Shown here: positions 59,380 to 64,000 of the stretch, one piece after another
How positions within the stretch are numbered: the first letter of the stretch is position 1
How the letters are laid out: each line of letters begins with the position of its first letter
Source: Saccostrea cucullata
Lineage: Eukaryota
Reading direction: 5' to 3'
NCBI RefSeq assembly: GCF_032062105.1
Contig: NW_026932050.1
Span: 248,001 to 312,000, forward strand
DNA length: 64,000 bases
Program-made: the position numbers and the translations under genes
The notes under the pieces: model-generated
What the model was told of the DNA's origin: nothing
What the model saw: only the letters and a program-made list of their open reading frames with translations
The model's database searches: none

Positions 59380-59847
59380 TATAATTTATGTTAAACTTGT
59401 AAATAAAGTCCTAACATGAAAATTATTCATCTTGTTTTTTATAATAAGGCATGATTTAGATGAGATGTTTGTTTAAGTGTAGGCCATCACCAGATCTGCA
59501 TTTTACACGTTTTCCAGAATCAAAACACAAAGTCTTGGGAAGAGATGTGGATGAAAGCAAAAACCTGAACACTTGTCTAAAGATAATAACAACTGATGTG
59601 CAAAGTCAATATTGAACAGAAGCCATTTTTTTCACAAGAGTCTGCAATTTTATCAATATGAATAAAATAAGTAGAAATCTGTGCGCTTGAAGTCTTCGAC
59701 TACGAGCTAATTTAAAAGCGATCGATAATTAGCAGCCTTGCTACTTTAGTTATTTCTATTGACTTTATTTATAAAATTGTAGTCTCTTGTGTGTTAATTA
59801 GCATATCTATGCTAATGCGCATAGCTCATCACTTGGTCAATTGTGTG

Positions 59848-60164
59848 CAAGGGCTGACAAATAGATTTTTAAGGCACTTGTCCAAGGGCAAGTACATGGT
59901 CAAAATTGACTTGCCCTACCTGAATTTTTGCTTGCCCTACCATAAACGAATTCTGTATTTATAGATATTTTTTCAAAAAAAGAGGAAGACAAATGCTGAG
60001 TAAATCATGCAAGCCCCTATGCCCAGCTTTAAATTTATGGCCTACAAATAAATTCTAGTTTTGACGAGTCATTTGCCCACGGGCAAGTGGTTGATAAAAT
60101 TTCACTCGCCCACCCTAAACTTCACTATACCCGGGCGTCAGGCAATGGAATTTGTCATCCCCTG
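59848..60164. mobile_element. Non-autonomous DNA transposon with 6-bp TSD
   Basis: TGTGTG|CAAGGGCTGACAAAT ... ATTTGTCATCCCCTG|TGTGTG, with internal cttgccc/gggcaag motifs. Confidence 0.7.
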
Positions 60165-60312
60165 TGTGTGATTTATATTGACACTATTGATAACCTTGCA
60201 GACTCCTATGGTTTTATAATTTACGCAGTAAAACACGTTTAGTACAAACTCGGATATTGCAAATTCACTGATATAGCAATATTATATATTTCTTAGATGA
60301 TCCCAGCTATAA

Positions 60313-61410
60313 CTCTTTTCCCCCTAATGCATTACATCCTTTACCCCCTGATGCCACCATTTGACGCTATGCCCCATTTCCCTGATGCCACCATTTGACG
60401 CATACACACAACAACCCTAATTTAGCTCTGTGATTTCCCCTGTTTCTAAATAAATTCAGCTCTAAATGATAGCCAATCCTGTGTATTACACATTAGGTAA
60501 TGTTACTATAATCAGTGAAGTCACAGCTTGGTGTGAATTCACTTGAGATTTACCTGTGTGAAAACAATGGCACCCAGTCTGTTTACAAGAAGAAATTGGG
60601 CCTTGTCACAAGCAAAATTCAGCCTTAATATTGCATTTTATGTAACATACCTTGGATTGCATTAGCATTCACAATGTTTTTACATCAGTTCTAAAGTTGA
60701 ATTTAATAGAAATAAAATTTTACAATGAAAATTAGAGGAAGAACATCATAGAATCGTTAACAAGAACAACAATGGCGGCCACAGATTTCCCATGTGTTTT
60801 ATGAGTACTAAATAATCTACTTTCAGCATTTTTTTCATCTGGGCATTGGTTTAGATAAAAACATGTATTAATTTATTTTCCCCAAGACTTTTGCAAGAAG
60901 TGGTCAACTAAATATATAAAATATTTATAAACATGCCTGCTTGAACATGATTGTGAAGTTTAGTTGGCTCAAGTCTAAGATAATTACCCATCATTATTAA
61001 TCTATCTTAATTAATATTAATTAAACAAAAAATAATGAGCCTTTTAATTGGTTTGGTTCTTATATTTTAAGTTTACTGGTATATTTTATAGAAAATTTCT
61101 TTCATAGAAAGGATAATATGAAGATTACAGGTAGTTGTGAAAAATTCATTTTACCTGGTTTCACCTATATATTGTTAATTGTAGATTAATTATTCTTAGA
61201 AAATTATATGACAGTATTAAAGTTCAATCCATTCCCCAAACATTGATATATAATATGTGCCACTTTGATGATGTTTAGGTACTTAATTAGCATGTTCTAA
61301 ATATAATGGTCAGTCATTTCAAGTCATTCAAAATGGCTTCAGGGGGCAGCCAGATAAACACTCTAGGGAAATCGCAAATGCGTCAAATGGTGGCAACAGG
61401 GGGAAAAGAG
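60313..61410. mobile_element. piggyBac-like non-autonomous element
   Basis: ATAA|CTCTTTTCCCCCT ... AGGGGGAAAAGAG|TTAA, with a subterminal gccaccatttgacgc inverted repeat. Confidence 0.65.
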
Positions 61411-61774
61411 TTAAATCAATAAATTATAAATAAATTAAAATATTTTTTATTTAATATTTAACAAATTTCTTATTTGGATATAACAAATTACGGATATAGC
61501 CAGTTTTTGAAACTCACTGTGAATTTATAGCTAGGCATGCAGGGCTGACTGAAAGTTGTCAGCCATGCCAAAAATGAATTAGCTCAAAAAAAAAAAAAAA
61601 AAAAAAAACAATTGTCTTTTATAAGTTCGTTTTAGCAATATACATGTAATGTGAATGGTGCAAGCTAATACATATATTCTATCCCTAACCAGTATGCTGG
61701 TGAATTCTGCCCATTTGCTTGTTTTCTCTCTGCAACCAGGGACATATGTTGATTTGAGAGAGTTATATTAAATA

Positions 61775-62443
61775 CCGTATAGCCGTTTTTTTTGACGGGA
61801 CACAAATTTGGCGATTTTAGGTTGTTAAGATATATCATTAATTTTGGTGGATAATATTTTGGTGAATTCAAATTTATTACCATTAAGTCGCAGGTTAAAA
61901 AAGCGCTCTTGTTACGATTGCACACCCTCCCAAACTTGCCAAAGTGTCGGGAAATCATCGGAAATACGCAGATACCGGTACTATTGTTAAATCACACGCC
62001 AAATATGAAAATTCAGATGTAGTTCTTATTTGAAATGCATAAATAATGTAAAGAACATTTTTAAAGAAGTAAAATATTTGTATTAAATTGAAAACGAAAG
62101 TAGGACACGAACTTATTTTTTCCGTAGCTAAGTTTGCTTGTTTAGCAAGCATGACACCTTTATAACTTGAGGGTCGATTGTCGATTATAGATTATAGAAC
62201 TAAATATTTTTGTTTAATCAAAATAATGTCAGTATGGATAATTATATCTTTATTTATAACTATTTGTTGACTTATTTAATGGTGATAGCTCTACCGGTGA
62301 TTTGCCATGACCATTCAAAAATGGGAAATTTACAAACACAAGGTGTGTAGGCTACAAATTTAGCGGTTTTTATTTTGGTGAATTTTTATAAATCGCCAAA
62401 ATAGGCTAAAATTATATTCTTGCCAAAATAACCAGCTATACGG
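61775..62443. mobile_element. TA-flanked MITE
   Basis: TA|CCGTATAGC ... GCTATACGG|TA, with internal tttggcg/cgccaaa motifs. Confidence 0.75.
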
Positions 62444-64000
62444 TATCTGAATTATAAGTTTTTGAAAAAAAATTGACACATCCAGCCGGGCGTCAATAAG
62501 TGCCAATCTGTCAGCCCTGACGAAATTTGTGCGTCTCGGGCAGTCGAGCCCACAGTTATTTCAAACACTGATATAGTGAAGTAACTCCAAAGGCCCAGTG
62601 ACTTCTTTATAACTGAGTTTTACTGTATTGATGTAAATAGTTACAAATGGATAATTTTTGTACAAAAACAAACTGTAATGATACTGCAGTTGCGGACTTA
62701 ATGATTGTACTGATGTTGAAAAAGAACATTATATTATAATCAGACTCAAGCTGTATTTTGGAGTAGCATTTTGACGCAGCACAGTTAAGGTTACAAGTGG
62801 AAATATTGGCGATTTTTTAAGATAAAAAATACATACTTTATTAGGATGGGCGAATCTTTTTTAGGAATTCACTGATATAAAAAAAATTTAATGTGCTTAA
62901 AATCTACATGTTGGGGACATTTAGATTTTTTATTTAGACTTGTGATGTGATTTCGATGTCACATGACTTTGGCAATTATACTTGCAGTTTTAGAGGTCAT
63001 CTATAAATTTCAATATTACAAGGGCATAACCAAGTTAAAAATCTTAGTTTATTTTATAATCCTTTTCAACACTATATCATGTATATTTAGTTTGTGAAAA
63101 GTGCTTCGAACCTGTATAGATTCCCTTTTTTAATTGGTAAAATATAATTTGTTGGACGGCAGTTTGAATATTTTGCTGGTCAACTACATTAAATATAGCT
63201 ATTATTAATTTATTTGCAAGATTTCAAGAGGTTCGCAGCACTTTTCAAATATCTTAATGCTGCTTAAGCTTATGTGTAAAATTTTGACAAGATACATTGA
63301 GAGTATGCCCTTGCAATAAATCGCCCTTGCAATAAATCAATTTATTAGGGCCCTTCCATTACTTTTTCAATGAATCTGCATAAAAAAAAAACACAAGATA
63401 GTATCGCTTGTCTTGAGAATGCATGTACTGTTAATAAATAAAATAGTAAAATAGACATCGCATCCAAGTTAACAGCTTTTTATTTTACTGCAAATATTTT
63501 TTTTTTTGAGAACAAAAGACATTTTTCAGTGTACAAAATGTGACTTGATCAGCCTCTAACTGTGTACAAACTACGTCATTTTTGCGAGATGACGTCACTT
63601 TGATAAGTGCATTGCGATTGATGCATCGTTTGTATACTGTTGTGTGGGATTTAACAAATGACAAAACTGCATGTAATAGTAAGTTTGTATGTAGTATACA
63701 GCTATCCAGCTGTTTGAAATAGCAAATAATTTCATTTTGTGGTATTTTGAAGGCCTTATATTATGTGTGACATCATAGTCAACATTTTCCGTACAAATTA
63801 GGCCCCGTCTCCTTACTGTAACCTTAACTGTGCTGGGGAGAGTATTTAACAGAAATTTCTATTTTTAGTAACCAAGGCAATAATGTTCATCGAAGTCAAA
63901 AACTGATATACAGAATTGTGTATCTTAGTGTAGTATACTTGTCTGCCAAGCTACAGTCAATTCTCGAATTATCGCCATTCGATTCATCGCCATTTTCGCA

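Larger units (their letters stand above)
60226..62626. mobile_element. pogo-like MITE split by nested insertions
   Basis: CAGTAAAAC ... GTTTTACTG|TA. The left part is homologous to a fragment at about 21584-21660. Confidence 0.55.

Noticed and set aside
56684-59384. Short ORFs with SEPGADPKRT repeats
   Set aside because: Translations of GC-rich subterminal repeats of a non-coding transposon.
1-64000. tRNA, rRNA or other structured RNA genes
   Set aside because: None recognisable by eye. A tRNAscan-SE or Infernal run would be needed to exclude them.

Overview
AT-rich animal genomic DNA, most likely an oyster (Ostreidae), judging by Helitron/Helentron elements carrying ~166-bp Cg170-like internal repeats. 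Positions 204-37364 (+) hold 40 coding exons of an unconventional myosin: motor, 3 IQ, charged helix, proline-rich linker, then MyTH4-FERM twice (best fit class XXII). My manual splicing gives one open frame of 6621 nt (2206 aa plus stop); the N-terminal exons lie upstream of the window. Exon 1 of a probable protein phosphatase 5 gene (PPP5C) is at 42011-42143. It is followed by more than 21 kb of intron packed with deeply nested non-autonomous transposons. A full-length DD34D mariner sits in one short myosin intron. The most unusual feature is that four different exon 3' ends of the myosin tail have each been tandemly amplified together with their 5' splice site (about 47, 10, 53 and 3 copies). 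One array is an in-frame 48-bp (16-aa) repeat of the MyTH4 core motif with about 22 in-frame donors. Another triplicates a rare GC donor. Exon boundaries and copy numbers were read by eye, and no database searches were run.
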